A program made the translations under genes and the position numbers. Shown here in pieces: positions 50,830-59,103 of a stretch of 64,000 nt of DNA. The stretch's first letter is position 1; each line of letters begins with the position of its first letter. The DNA is from Myxococcota bacterium (GTDB lineage Bacteria > Myxococcota_A > UBA9160 > UBA6930): the NCBI GenBank assembly GCA_965223705.1, contig OZ245015.1, positions 4,192,001 to 4,256,000 of the forward strand, in the 5' to 3' direction. Under the pieces are notes generated by a model. That model searched no databases. It saw only the letters and a list, made by a program, of their open reading frames with translations, and was not told where the DNA came from.

Positions 50830-51762
50830 CTAAGCGAACGCTTTTCGGATGAACTCGGCTTCGAGATCGATCGCTTCACGCGCTTGGCTGAGCAAATGCG
50901 GGAAGAGCAAGAAGCCGTGGATCGTTCCCTCGAAGCGTTTCTGTGTCGTCGATACGCCCGCCGCCTCGAGCTTCTTCGCAAAGACCTCGCCCTCATCGCG
51001 CAGCGGATCGAACTCCGCAGTGATCACGAGGGCTTGGGGCAAGCCCTCGAGCTTTTCCGCGTAGAGCGGCGAAAGATAGGGATCGTCGAGATCGGTGCCG
51101 GCGGGGACGTAGTGCCCGTAGAAGTACTCCATGTCGGCTTTCTCGAGGAGGTAGCCCGTGCCGTTCTCGGCGATCGACGCCTGGGTGAGCTTCGCATCGA
51201 CGGCGGGGTACGAGAGCACCTGACACGTCAAACGCGGGCCGCCCTCGGCCTTCACCCGAAGTGCCACCGCAGCCGCCAAGTTTCCGCCGGCGCTGTCGCC
51301 GATCACCCCGAGCTTCGACGCGTCGACACCGAGCGAGGACGCGTTCTCCGCGACCCAACACAGGGCCGCGTAACAGTCATCGACGGCCGCGGGATACTTC
51401 GCCTCGGGAGCCAACCGGTAGTCCACCGAGATGAAGTTGCAACCGGCCCCCGACACGATGCGGCGACACAGGTCGTCGTGGGTTCCGGGATTCATGATGA
51501 CCCACCCGCCCCCGTGGTAGTGGAGCATGGTCGGCAACGACTTGCCCGGATCGGGCGAGTACAGGCGGTACGGGATATCGCCCGCCGGCCCGGGCAGCGT
51601 CCCGTCGACGACGTGCGCAACGGGGACAACCGCTTCGGGCGGTGTCTGAAACACCTGATTCGAAAGCGCTCGGGCCTCCTCGGGAGCGAGCGTGCTGAAG
51701 GACGGAACGTTTTGCTCGGCCAAGGTATCGAGCAGCGCCTGGGTTTCGGCGTTGACGGGCAT
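50830..51762 (-). CDS. Hormone-sensitive-lipase family esterase
   Basis: HGGGW, VDYRLAPE, GDSAGGNL, DPLRDEG, HGF. Confidence 0.95.
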   Translation of the reverse strand: MPVNAETQALLDTLAEQNVPSFSTLAPEEARALSNQVFQTPPEAVVPVAHVVDGTLPGPAGDIPYRLYSPDPGKSLPTMLHYHGGGWVIMNPGTHDDLCRRIVSGAGCNFISVDYRLAPEAKYPAAVDDCYAALCWVAENASSLGVDASKLGVIGDSAGGNLAAAVALRVKAEGGPRLTCQVLSYPAVDAKLTQASIAENGTGYLLEKADMEYFYGHYVPAGTDLDDPYLSPLYAEKLEGLPQALVITAEFDPLRDEGEVFAKKLEAAGVSTTQKRFEGTIHGFLLFPHLLSQAREAIDLEAEFIRKAFA

Positions 51763-51771
51763 GAGTACTCC

Positions 51772-52557
51772 TTAAGCGAAAAACTTCTGGACCGAGGTGA
51801 CAAACGCCTCGGGAACTTCGTAGGGAAGCAAATGCCCCGCGTTCTCGAACCACTCGAGCTTCGCGTGGGGCACGAGCTCCGCCCAGCGCTCACCATATGC
51901 GGGTACGATCAGCTTGTCGCTCTTCCCCCAAGCGATCTGAGTCTCCGCCTGGAGTCGGTACAAGCGTTTCGACAAGCGCCGGTTCGGAATCGGGAAGAGG
52001 ATCTTTCCCGCCGTGCCCATGCGCTTCGCGTTGTCCACCAAGAACTTCTCGAGTACGACCGGATCCTCGAAATCCACGCCTGCGGTGAGGAGCTTCATCG
52101 CGAACATCGGATCGTGTGCCAATACCGGAGGCCACTCGTGGGGAAGCATCGAGAAGAGATCCGGAATCGGATGTTCGTCGAGCCACAATCCGGCCGGACA
52201 CACGAGCTGAAGCTTTCCGACGTCGTTCGGTGCGATGCACGCCATTTCGGCGGCGATCATGCCGCCCATCGAATGGCCCATGAGGTGCGGCTTCTCACCC
52301 AGGTCGAGCGCATCGACGACGTCCCACGCGTGGAGCGTAAAGTCCAGCATGTCCTCGAGCGAGTCCTCGCCGCTCGATTGCCCGTAGCCCGGCCAATCGG
52401 GAGCGACGACGCGGAAGTGGTCCGCGAGTTCCTCGAGGAATGGATTCTCCTCGAACAGGCCGCCGGCTCCGTGGAGGAAGACCAGCGGCTGGCCCGAACC
52501 GCCTTCGAGGACGTGAATCTTGCGACCGGCACGTGTTTCGACGAATCGGCTCTCCAT
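51772..52557 (-). CDS. Alpha/beta hydrolase
   Basis: FLHGAGG, PDWPGYG, GHSMGG, WGKSD, AGH. Confidence 0.9.
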   Translation of the reverse strand: MESRFVETRAGRKIHVLEGGSGQPLVFLHGAGGLFEENPFLEELADHFRVVAPDWPGYGQSSGEDSLEDMLDFTLHAWDVVDALDLGEKPHLMGHSMGGMIAAEMACIAPNDVGKLQLVCPAGLWLDEHPIPDLFSMLPHEWPPVLAHDPMFAMKLLTAGVDFEDPVVLEKFLVDNAKRMGTAGKILFPIPNRRLSKRLYRLQAETQIAWGKSDKLIVPAYGERWAELVPHAKLEWFENAGHLLPYEVPEAFVTSVQKFFA

Positions 52558-53805
52558 CTAGACCACCTTCGCCGGGAGCGGCTCATCCGCCATCGGGCGG
52601 CGACCCTCGAGAGGCTTGCACCACCAGCGGTCGTCGTCCTTCCACTCCGGGAAGATGTTTCGCAACCGCGGCATGCACTTCTCGGCGAAGAGCTTCGAGG
52701 AATGTCGCACGAGCTCGTCCGGCATGTTGCCGACCGCGAAGAGCAGGAACACGTGGCCTACGTGGAGCGACTTCGCGAGCTCTTCCATCTGCTCGACGAC
52801 CGTGTCGGGGCTTCCCGCGACGATGTGACGGTCGTCGAGAAGGCGCTTCCACGGGATCTCGCCCAGATCGTCGGGCGTGAGCGGCTTGTATTGATTGAGC
52901 GCGCCTTTCTTGATCGTCTCGACAGTGCGGTAGCCGGGCGGATCCGCGAACCCGGTGTGGACGTGGAGACAGCGGTTGTAGAAGTAGTCGCAATGGCTCG
53001 CGTAAAGCTCTTCGGCTTCTTTGTCCGTCTCGCCCACGCAGATCACTTGCGCGAACCCTGCGCGGTGGGGCGATTCGTCTTTGCCTGCAGCGGAGACCTT
53101 TTCCCAGTAACCGTCCATCAGGGCCTTCGCGCGCAAATAGCCCATGAACGACAGGTAGGAGTAGTTGTAGTCGTTCTCGATGCAGAAGTCCCAAGTCTCG
53201 ATCGACCCGCCGCCCGGGATGTAGATCGGCGGATGCGGGTCCTGAATCGGCTTGGGCCAGCAGTTCACGTGGCGCAACTGGTTGTACTTGCCGTCGAACG
53301 CGAAAGGCTCTGACTCGCGCCAGGCCTTCATCACGAGGTCGTGCGCTTCGTAGTACTTGTCTCGCGTGAGCGCCGGGATTTGGCCGTAGCAGAAGTTCGT
53401 GTCCATCGGTGTGCCGACGGGGAATCCGGCCAACAACCGACCTCCGGACAACACGTCGAGCATCGCCATCTCTTCGGCGACGCGGATCGGCGGGTTGTAG
53501 AGCGCCAACGAGTTACCGATCACCGCGATACCGGCACGTGAGGTCCGCCGTGCGAGCGCCGAGGCAAAAAGATTCGGCGACGGCATCAACCCGTAGCCGT
53601 TTTGGTGGTGCTCGTTGATCCCGATGGCGTCGAAGCCTAGCGCTTCGGCGTACTCGAGTTGGTCGAGATACTGGTTGTAGAGGAAGTGACCCTGCTTGGG
53701 ATCGTAGAGGTCGCTCGGGATGTCGACCCAGACGGACCGGTTTTCGCGCCTAAAGTTGTCGTCCAGGTGCGGCCAAGGCATCAGGTGGAACCAAGTGAAC
53801 TTCAT
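52558..53805 (-). CDS. LLM-class flavin-dependent monooxygenase
   Basis: LGFDAIGINEHHQNGYGLMPSPN, PIRVAEEMAMLDVLSGGRL, WPKPIQDPHPPI. Confidence 0.92.
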   Translation of the reverse strand: MKFTWFHLMPWPHLDDNFRRENRSVWVDIPSDLYDPKQGHFLYNQYLDQLEYAEALGFDAIGINEHHQNGYGLMPSPNLFASALARRTSRAGIAVIGNSLALYNPPIRVAEEMAMLDVLSGGRLLAGFPVGTPMDTNFCYGQIPALTRDKYYEAHDLVMKAWRESEPFAFDGKYNQLRHVNCWPKPIQDPHPPIYIPGGGSIETWDFCIENDYNYSYLSFMGYLRAKALMDGYWEKVSAAGKDESPHRAGFAQVICVGETDKEAEELYASHCDYFYNRCLHVHTGFADPPGYRTVETIKKGALNQYKPLTPDDLGEIPWKRLLDDRHIVAGSPDTVVEQMEELAKSLHVGHVFLLFAVGNMPDELVRHSSKLFAEKCMPRLRNIFPEWKDDDRWWCKPLEGRRPMADEPLPAKVV

Positions 53806-53820
53806 TCTGGGTCTCCTCGT

Positions 53821-54474
53821 TCAGGGTTCGGTGGGCGCGCCGGGAAGGACGTCGCCATAGCGTTCTAGAAAGGCACTCTCCGCCAGAGGGCGCCTCGCCA
53901 ACTTCTTCGGAAACGGTTTCACGGGGTAGCCCAACGCGATGTGGGCCGCCGTCGAGATGTCCTCGGGGATCTCGAGGAGCTTCTTCACCTCGGGCTCTTC
54001 GTGGCACAGGAGCGTTGTGAGGGCGCTACCGAGCCCTTCGGCGCGCGCAGCGAGCATCATGTTCTGGACTGCCGGGTAGACCGAAGCGCCACCGACGATG
54101 GAGAGCCGCCCAAGCTCGGTATCCGTCGGGTGGACGTCCTCGAGGCGGGCGCAGGCCACCACGATGACCGGAATCTCGTTCATGTTCTCGGCGAAGTGGT
54201 TGGCCGCTTCGATCAGGCGGCGCATCCCCTTCACTTTGATGGCGCCGACATCGATGCCCTTCATGTACTCCTGCCAGTAAGGCAAGTAGAGATCGCGCAA
54301 ACGACGCTTCTTGGCAGCGTCCCGAACCGCGATGAACCGCACCGGCTGGCGGTTGCCGCCGTTGGGAGCGAAACGCGCGGCGTCGAAAATTCGGAGCAAC
54401 ACGTCGTCGGGAACCGGCTCATCTTTGTAATAGCGACACGTGATGTTGCTGCGCATCGCTTCGTGAAGATCCAT
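53821..54474 (-). CDS. Nitroreductase family protein (putative flavin reductase)
   Basis: APNGGNRQPVRF, SVYPAVQNMMLAARAEGLGS, IALGYP. Confidence 0.92.
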   Translation of the reverse strand: MDLHEAMRSNITCRYYKDEPVPDDVLLRIFDAARFAPNGGNRQPVRFIAVRDAAKKRRLRDLYLPYWQEYMKGIDVGAIKVKGMRRLIEAANHFAENMNEIPVIVVACARLEDVHPTDTELGRLSIVGGASVYPAVQNMMLAARAEGLGSALTTLLCHEEPEVKKLLEIPEDISTAAHIALGYPVKPFPKKLARRPLAESAFLERYGDVLPGAPTEP

Positions 54475-54477
54475 TCG

Positions 54478-55359
54478 CTACTCCGCGGCTTCCGTATGTT
54501 TCGTGATCGCGTCGACGAGGGTGCCCCACGCTTCCGGCGGCATGTCGTGCCCCATTCCTTCGACAAGAACGAGCGACGCCCCCGGAACTGCCGCCGCCGT
54601 GTCCTCGCCGCACGCCTGCGGAATCAACGGATCGTCCGTTCCGTGAATTACGAGAAACGGCACGTCGAGCGTTTCGAGATTCGGTCGCCGGCTGCCCTGA
54701 GCGAGCACCGCACACAGCTGACGCGCAGTACCCGCCGGGTAGTAACCGCGATCCCAGCATCGTTCTGACCGTCGCCGAATCCTCGCTTCGTCCTGTGAAA
54801 GGCTTCCGCCGATCGCGCGCCACGCCTCGACCGCCATATCGACGAATTCCTCGCGACTCGTCGCCGGAGGTCGGAACAAGACCGCCAAGGCCTCGGGGCT
54901 CCCCGTCGGCAGTTCTGGATCGCCCGTCGTCGACATGATCGACGTCAAGCTCCGGACACGATCGGGGTGACGCCACCCGAGGGTTTGCACGATCATTCCG
55001 CCCATCGAAGCGCCGACAAAATGCGCGGCTTCGAGGCCCAGGGCGTCGAGCAGGCCGATCGCGTCATCGGCCATGTCTTCCACGGCGTAGGGCGCCGCTA
55101 CCGACTGCCCTTGCATCGCCTGGCCCCAAGCTTCTTCGACGTTCGGAACACCGAGCTCGTCGAAGACTCGCGACTCGCCGCAATCGCGATTATCGAACCG
55201 CACGACGAAGTGCCCGCGCTCGGCGAGCTTCGCGCAGAAAGCCTCGTCCCAGAAAAGCATCTGCGCACCCAGCCCCATGACGAGGACCAGGGGCCGCGCG
55301 TCCGGGGACCCGAACGTCTCGTACGTGATGGCGACGCCGTTTTCGTTGGCCTTCGGCAT
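54478..55359 (-). CDS. Alpha/beta hydrolase
   Basis: LVMGLGAQM, FDNRDCG, GASMGG, IHGTDD, GMGHD. Confidence 0.92.
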   Translation of the reverse strand: MPKANENGVAITYETFGSPDARPLVLVMGLGAQMLFWDEAFCAKLAERGHFVVRFDNRDCGESRVFDELGVPNVEEAWGQAMQGQSVAAPYAVEDMADDAIGLLDALGLEAAHFVGASMGGMIVQTLGWRHPDRVRSLTSIMSTTGDPELPTGSPEALAVLFRPPATSREEFVDMAVEAWRAIGGSLSQDEARIRRRSERCWDRGYYPAGTARQLCAVLAQGSRRPNLETLDVPFLVIHGTDDPLIPQACGEDTAAAVPGASLVLVEGMGHDMPPEAWGTLVDAITKHTEAAE

Positions 55360-55370
55360 GTTCTCCCCGC

Positions 55371-56294
55371 CTACCGATCTTCGACTTGTGGAAGCACGTC
55401 GGCGACGAGCTGATGGGTCTGATCCAGGATCGAACTCTCGTCCTCGACCGCGGGAAAGAGCACGATTTTCGAGGCGCCTTCCGCGACGTACTCGTTGAGC
55501 CGCGCAGCGATCTTATCGGCCGAACCGACGGCGAACACGTCCTCGAGCTTGAGACCGGCGTTGCGAGCGGCTTGGCCCAGGTATTGCCCTTCGATGTCGA
55601 CCTCACCCGTTTCGCCGATGTGGAACGGGATACTGGCCCCGAAGTGATCGGCGTCGATGTGGCGCCCGGTCTTCTCGAGTTCGGTGCGGATGCCCCGGAT
55701 CGTCTCGCCGACTTCAGCGGGGGTATTGAGCCCGCCGATCCAGCCCGTGCCGAGCGCCGCCGTCCTGCGCTGTGCCGCGGGGCTGCTGCCGCCGATCCAC
55801 AGCGGGAGGGGGGATTGCACCGGGCGCGGACTGATCGACGCCTCGTGGTACTGGTAGAACTCGCCTTCGAACGTGACGGACTCCTCGGTCCACAGCCGCG
55901 CCATGATCTCGAGGGCTTCGTTCGCGGCCTTGCCGCGGTTCTTCGTCGTGCGACCGGTGGCTTTCCACTCCGGCGACGCGGGCGCGCCGATACCGAACAC
56001 GGGAAGCAGTCGCCCGCCGGACAGGTAGTCGAGCGTGGCGCACTGCTTTGCGAGCACGAGTGGATCGCGAAAGCCGACGACGATGGCGTTCATGCCGAAC
56101 TTGATCCGGCGCGTGGCCCCGGCGACCACGGCGAGCGCCGACATCGCCTCGAGGAAGGGCTCCTTCGATTGAAGGCGGTCTGTCTGCCAGAGACTGTCGA
56201 GGCCGATCTCGTCGCACGTCCTCGCGTACGAGAGATACGCCTCGGCGGTCTGGAAGGGGAAATTCGCGAAGCCGACGCCGGCGCGGATACTCAT
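55371..56294 (-). CDS. LLM-class flavin/F420-dependent oxidoreductase
   Basis: DSLWQTD, DPLVLAKQCATLDYLSGGRL, PRPVQSPLPLWIGG. Confidence 0.9.
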   Translation of the reverse strand: MSIRAGVGFANFPFQTAEAYLSYARTCDEIGLDSLWQTDRLQSKEPFLEAMSALAVVAGATRRIKFGMNAIVVGFRDPLVLAKQCATLDYLSGGRLLPVFGIGAPASPEWKATGRTTKNRGKAANEALEIMARLWTEESVTFEGEFYQYHEASISPRPVQSPLPLWIGGSSPAAQRRTAALGTGWIGGLNTPAEVGETIRGIRTELEKTGRHIDADHFGASIPFHIGETGEVDIEGQYLGQAARNAGLKLEDVFAVGSADKIAARLNEYVAEGASKIVLFPAVEDESSILDQTHQLVADVLPQVEDR

Positions 56295-56377
56295 GCCCTA
56301 AGGATACGAGATTGTCCGGGCACCTGGGATTCCCCTCGGGGAAAGGCGACTCGGAAGTGATCTTTGGGGGTAAAAAA

Positions 56378-57079
56378 ATGGCCGAGCGCGTCTGTGTGGT
56401 GGCTGGAGTCGGGCCGGGTACCGGGACGGCCTGCGCGCACCGTTTCGCCCGAGCGGGCTACCGGGTGGCACTCCTCGCGCGGAACGAGAAGCGCCTCGCC
56501 GACCTCGAGGGCGCAATCGGAGGCAGCAGGGCGTTTGGCGTCGACCTGACGGACCGCGACGCGGTCTTCGAGACGGTGGGCTCAATCGAACGCGAGATGG
56601 GTCCCGTCGAGGTCCTGGTGCACAACGCCGCCGCGGGTGCGTTCACGAACTTCATGGACACCGACCCCGCGGTTCTGGAGCGCAACTTCCGGGTCAACAC
56701 GATGGCGCTGCTGCACACCGGACAGGCTGTGGCCGCGGCGATGCTCGAGCGCGGTCGCGGAGCCATCCTGGTAACCGGGAACACCTCCGCGCGGCGCGGC
56801 GTAGCGAATTTCGCGGCGTTCGCTCCGACGAAAGCCGCCCAACGAATCCTCGCGGAGTCGATGGCGCGCCTCCTCGGACCGAAAGGCATTCACGTGGCCT
56901 ATTTCATCATCGACGCAGTGATCGACATCGAGTGGACGCGAAAGATGATGCCCGACCGAAAAGATGCCGAGTTCGCGCAGCCCGACGATCTGGCGGAGAC
57001 CATCTACCAGATCTCCGAGCAGCCGAGATCCGCGTGGAGCTTCGAAGTCGACCTGCGGCCTTTCGGGGAGCCCTGGTAG
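56378..57079 (+). CDS. SDR family oxidoreductase
   Basis: VAGVGPGTG, VHNAA, FAPTKAAQR, GPKGIHVA, FEVDLRP. Confidence 0.92.
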   Translation: MAERVCVVAGVGPGTGTACAHRFARAGYRVALLARNEKRLADLEGAIGGSRAFGVDLTDRDAVFETVGSIEREMGPVEVLVHNAAAGAFTNFMDTDPAVLERNFRVNTMALLHTGQAVAAAMLERGRGAILVTGNTSARRGVANFAAFAPTKAAQRILAESMARLLGPKGIHVAYFIIDAVIDIEWTRKMMPDRKDAEFAQPDDLAETIYQISEQPRSAWSFEVDLRPFGEPW

Positions 57080-57121
57080 CGATCGCTCAGTGATGGGGAA
57101 CCCTGGGTAGCGATCCTTCAG
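57065..57121 (+). repeat. Imperfect tandem duplication of the SDR gene 3' end (~26 nt x2)
   Basis: GGGGAGCCCTGG-TAGCGATCGCTCAG (57065-57090) versus GGGGAACCCTGGGTAGCGATCCTTCAG (57095-57121). Confidence 0.7.
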
Positions 57122-57873
57122 CGAGCGCGTCGACGCCCGGCGCGGATGAGGCCGAGCAGGCCAAAGGCGACCAGGACCGCCGTGCTCGGCTCGGGCGTAA
57201 ACGTGATGTCGTCGATCGCGCCAGAACTCGGGTTCTTGACCGACAGCGACTTCGCTTGGCTCGGATCGAACCCCGGATCCACCGTCGGGACGGACGCCGC
57301 AGGGCCGTTATCGACCTGCGCGCTCATGAAATCGTTTAAGAGAAACACGCCCAGACCGTCGTTGCCCGGCCCGACTTCGCCGGTCCAGTTCTCCGACGGG
57401 AAGCTCCACACCGCCGTGTTCCCCATGACGTCCATGATCGTGATCATGCTGCCGCCCGTGCCGGTGTCCCAGTCGATGAGCGTCATGCTCTCCAGGGTGA
57501 CCGGCGTGGGCCAAACCAACGTCAGCATGAAGTCCGCTTGGTCGTTGGGACGATCGAAAATGCCCGGGACCGTTTGCGTCGGGTCGCTCGCGGATTGCAC
57601 GATCAGCACGTTGCCCTGGCCCGCGACGCAGAGATCGAGATCGGGCGCCGCGCCCGAACAATTCGAAGCAGCCGCAGTGTCGAAAATCGCCGCGCCCGCA
57701 CCGCCGGTTCCGTTAGCGATCACGCCGAAGCCCACGTCTTGCCCGTCCACGGCCTGGCCGTCGGCGAAGGGACTGAAGTCGAGGGTCATCGCCCCAGAAC
57801 CGCCCGCGGTAAACAACCCCACGACAAGAACACTGCTGAGCGAAAGCCAACGGCTTCGCGAGAACGACACCAT
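57118..57873 (-). CDS. PEP-CTERM exosortase-target surface protein
   Basis: Signal peptide, D/G/T-rich body, C-terminal TPEPSTAVLVAFGLLGLIRAGRRRAR. Confidence 0.92.
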   Translation of the reverse strand: MVSFSRSRWLSLSSVLVVGLFTAGGSGAMTLDFSPFADGQAVDGQDVGFGVIANGTGGAGAAIFDTAAASNCSGAAPDLDLCVAGQGNVLIVQSASDPTQTVPGIFDRPNDQADFMLTLVWPTPVTLESMTLIDWDTGTGGSMITIMDVMGNTAVWSFPSENWTGEVGPGNDGLGVFLLNDFMSAQVDNGPAASVPTVDPGFDPSQAKSLSVKNPSSGAIDDITFTPEPSTAVLVAFGLLGLIRAGRRRAR

Positions 57874-57940
57874 TTCGTTTATCTCCCCCCACCCGAGACA
57901 ACCGAATCTAGCGACTGAAAACAAAAAATGAAGCGCTGGC

Positions 57941-59044
57941 TTACAACTCGGTGACGCTTTCGGGGCGGGGGATCTGGGTACTGGTTTCTACCCAGTCGAA
58001 CCAAGGCTCCCGGCCGGGCAATCCGAGACACGCGTGGAGGCGGCGTTCTGCAGGCTCCAAGACGACCGCCGCGTTGGTACTGATCCCGCCGAAGTCGTCG
58101 CGGCAAATCGCCAGGGTTCCGCCTTGCGCGTCGGTAAACGCCGCCTGGACATCGGCTACCGCGAGTTTCGGCGCGGCCAGAGACAACTGAGCCATGCGTC
58201 GATGGCGTGCCTTCGACGATTGCGCCGGTGTGTCGGCTTCGAGGCTCATGTGCGTCGGCGTCTGGCAGTGGTTGCACTGGACGTAGGGACGGCCCTCGAT
58301 TCGCAGCCGACGGGAACGCCGTGCGCTGCATTCCAGAGCGAAGAGAGCACCGGTTGTGTCGAGCAGATAGAAGAAGTGTGCACCCGCACGGGTCGCACCT
58401 TCGATGGTCTGAGCTGCTTCCTCGGCGGACTCACAGCGGAGCGCGCGATGGATAAGCGATAAGTAAGGAACGCCGGCCCTGGCATCGCGCGTGCGCAGGT
58501 TCGTCGTGCCCACCGCCACACCGGTCTCCGAAAGCCCCATGAGCGAAAGACACCCGTCGGTGGTCACGGCGTGCGTAGCGGGCGCGCCGTCCGGCTCGCG
58601 CAGGATGGCAACCACGTGTGGAGCATTGTCTGTAGCGAGATCCCAGGTTTGTCCCGCAAACGACACCCCCGTGGCCGAAGCCTCTTTGGGTACAAGCACG
58701 GACGTGCATCCTTCGATTTCACCGGATCCCCAAGCCAAAGCGTCTCGCAGATCGGTCAGGCCGTTCATCGCCATCACCTGATCAACGCCGAGGCCACAAC
58801 CGTTCGCGATCCCCTCGAGTTCGGCGAAGCCCTGCGCGTCGAATCGCTGGGTGATCTCGCAACAAGCTCGAGCGAGGTCGAGTAGAGCGGACTCGGACAC
58901 CGAGGTTCCGCCGAACTGATGCGCTTGTCGCAACGCGTTCTCCAAACGCTTCGCGTAGAGCTCGCCGATAGAAGTGCGCCTATCACGACCGAAAGCGAAC
59001 CCGATGTCCGCGGGTTTTCCTGTAAAGCGAAGTTTGTCGGGCAT
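57941..59044 (-). CDS. C45 family Ntn-hydrolase/acyltransferase (isopenicillin N acyltransferase-like)
   Basis: ELEGIANG, EG|CTS autocleavage site, GQTWD, GVP, QCNH; start 59044 or 59077. Confidence 0.85.
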   Translation of the reverse strand: MPDKLRFTGKPADIGFAFGRDRRTSIGELYAKRLENALRQAHQFGGTSVSESALLDLARACCEITQRFDAQGFAELEGIANGCGLGVDQVMAMNGLTDLRDALAWGSGEIEGCTSVLVPKEASATGVSFAGQTWDLATDNAPHVVAILREPDGAPATHAVTTDGCLSLMGLSETGVAVGTTNLRTRDARAGVPYLSLIHRALRCESAEEAAQTIEGATRAGAHFFYLLDTTGALFALECSARRSRRLRIEGRPYVQCNHCQTPTHMSLEADTPAQSSKARHRRMAQLSLAAPKLAVADVQAAFTDAQGGTLAICRDDFGGISTNAAVVLEPAERRLHACLGLPGREPWFDWVETSTQIPRPESVTEL

Positions 59045-59103
59045 AACCCGGTCTACGTGTTTCCTGCGTTCAGTCATGCGCCAGGTATCCGATGTAACAG
59101 GCA

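Noticed and set aside
50884..53313. 809-aa plus-strand ORF and many other long antisense or alternate-frame ORFs (e.g. 17779-19359, 18222-19928, 49295-50833)
   Set aside because: They shadow well-supported genes, are Arg/Gly/Ala-rich and have no motifs; this is expected at high GC.
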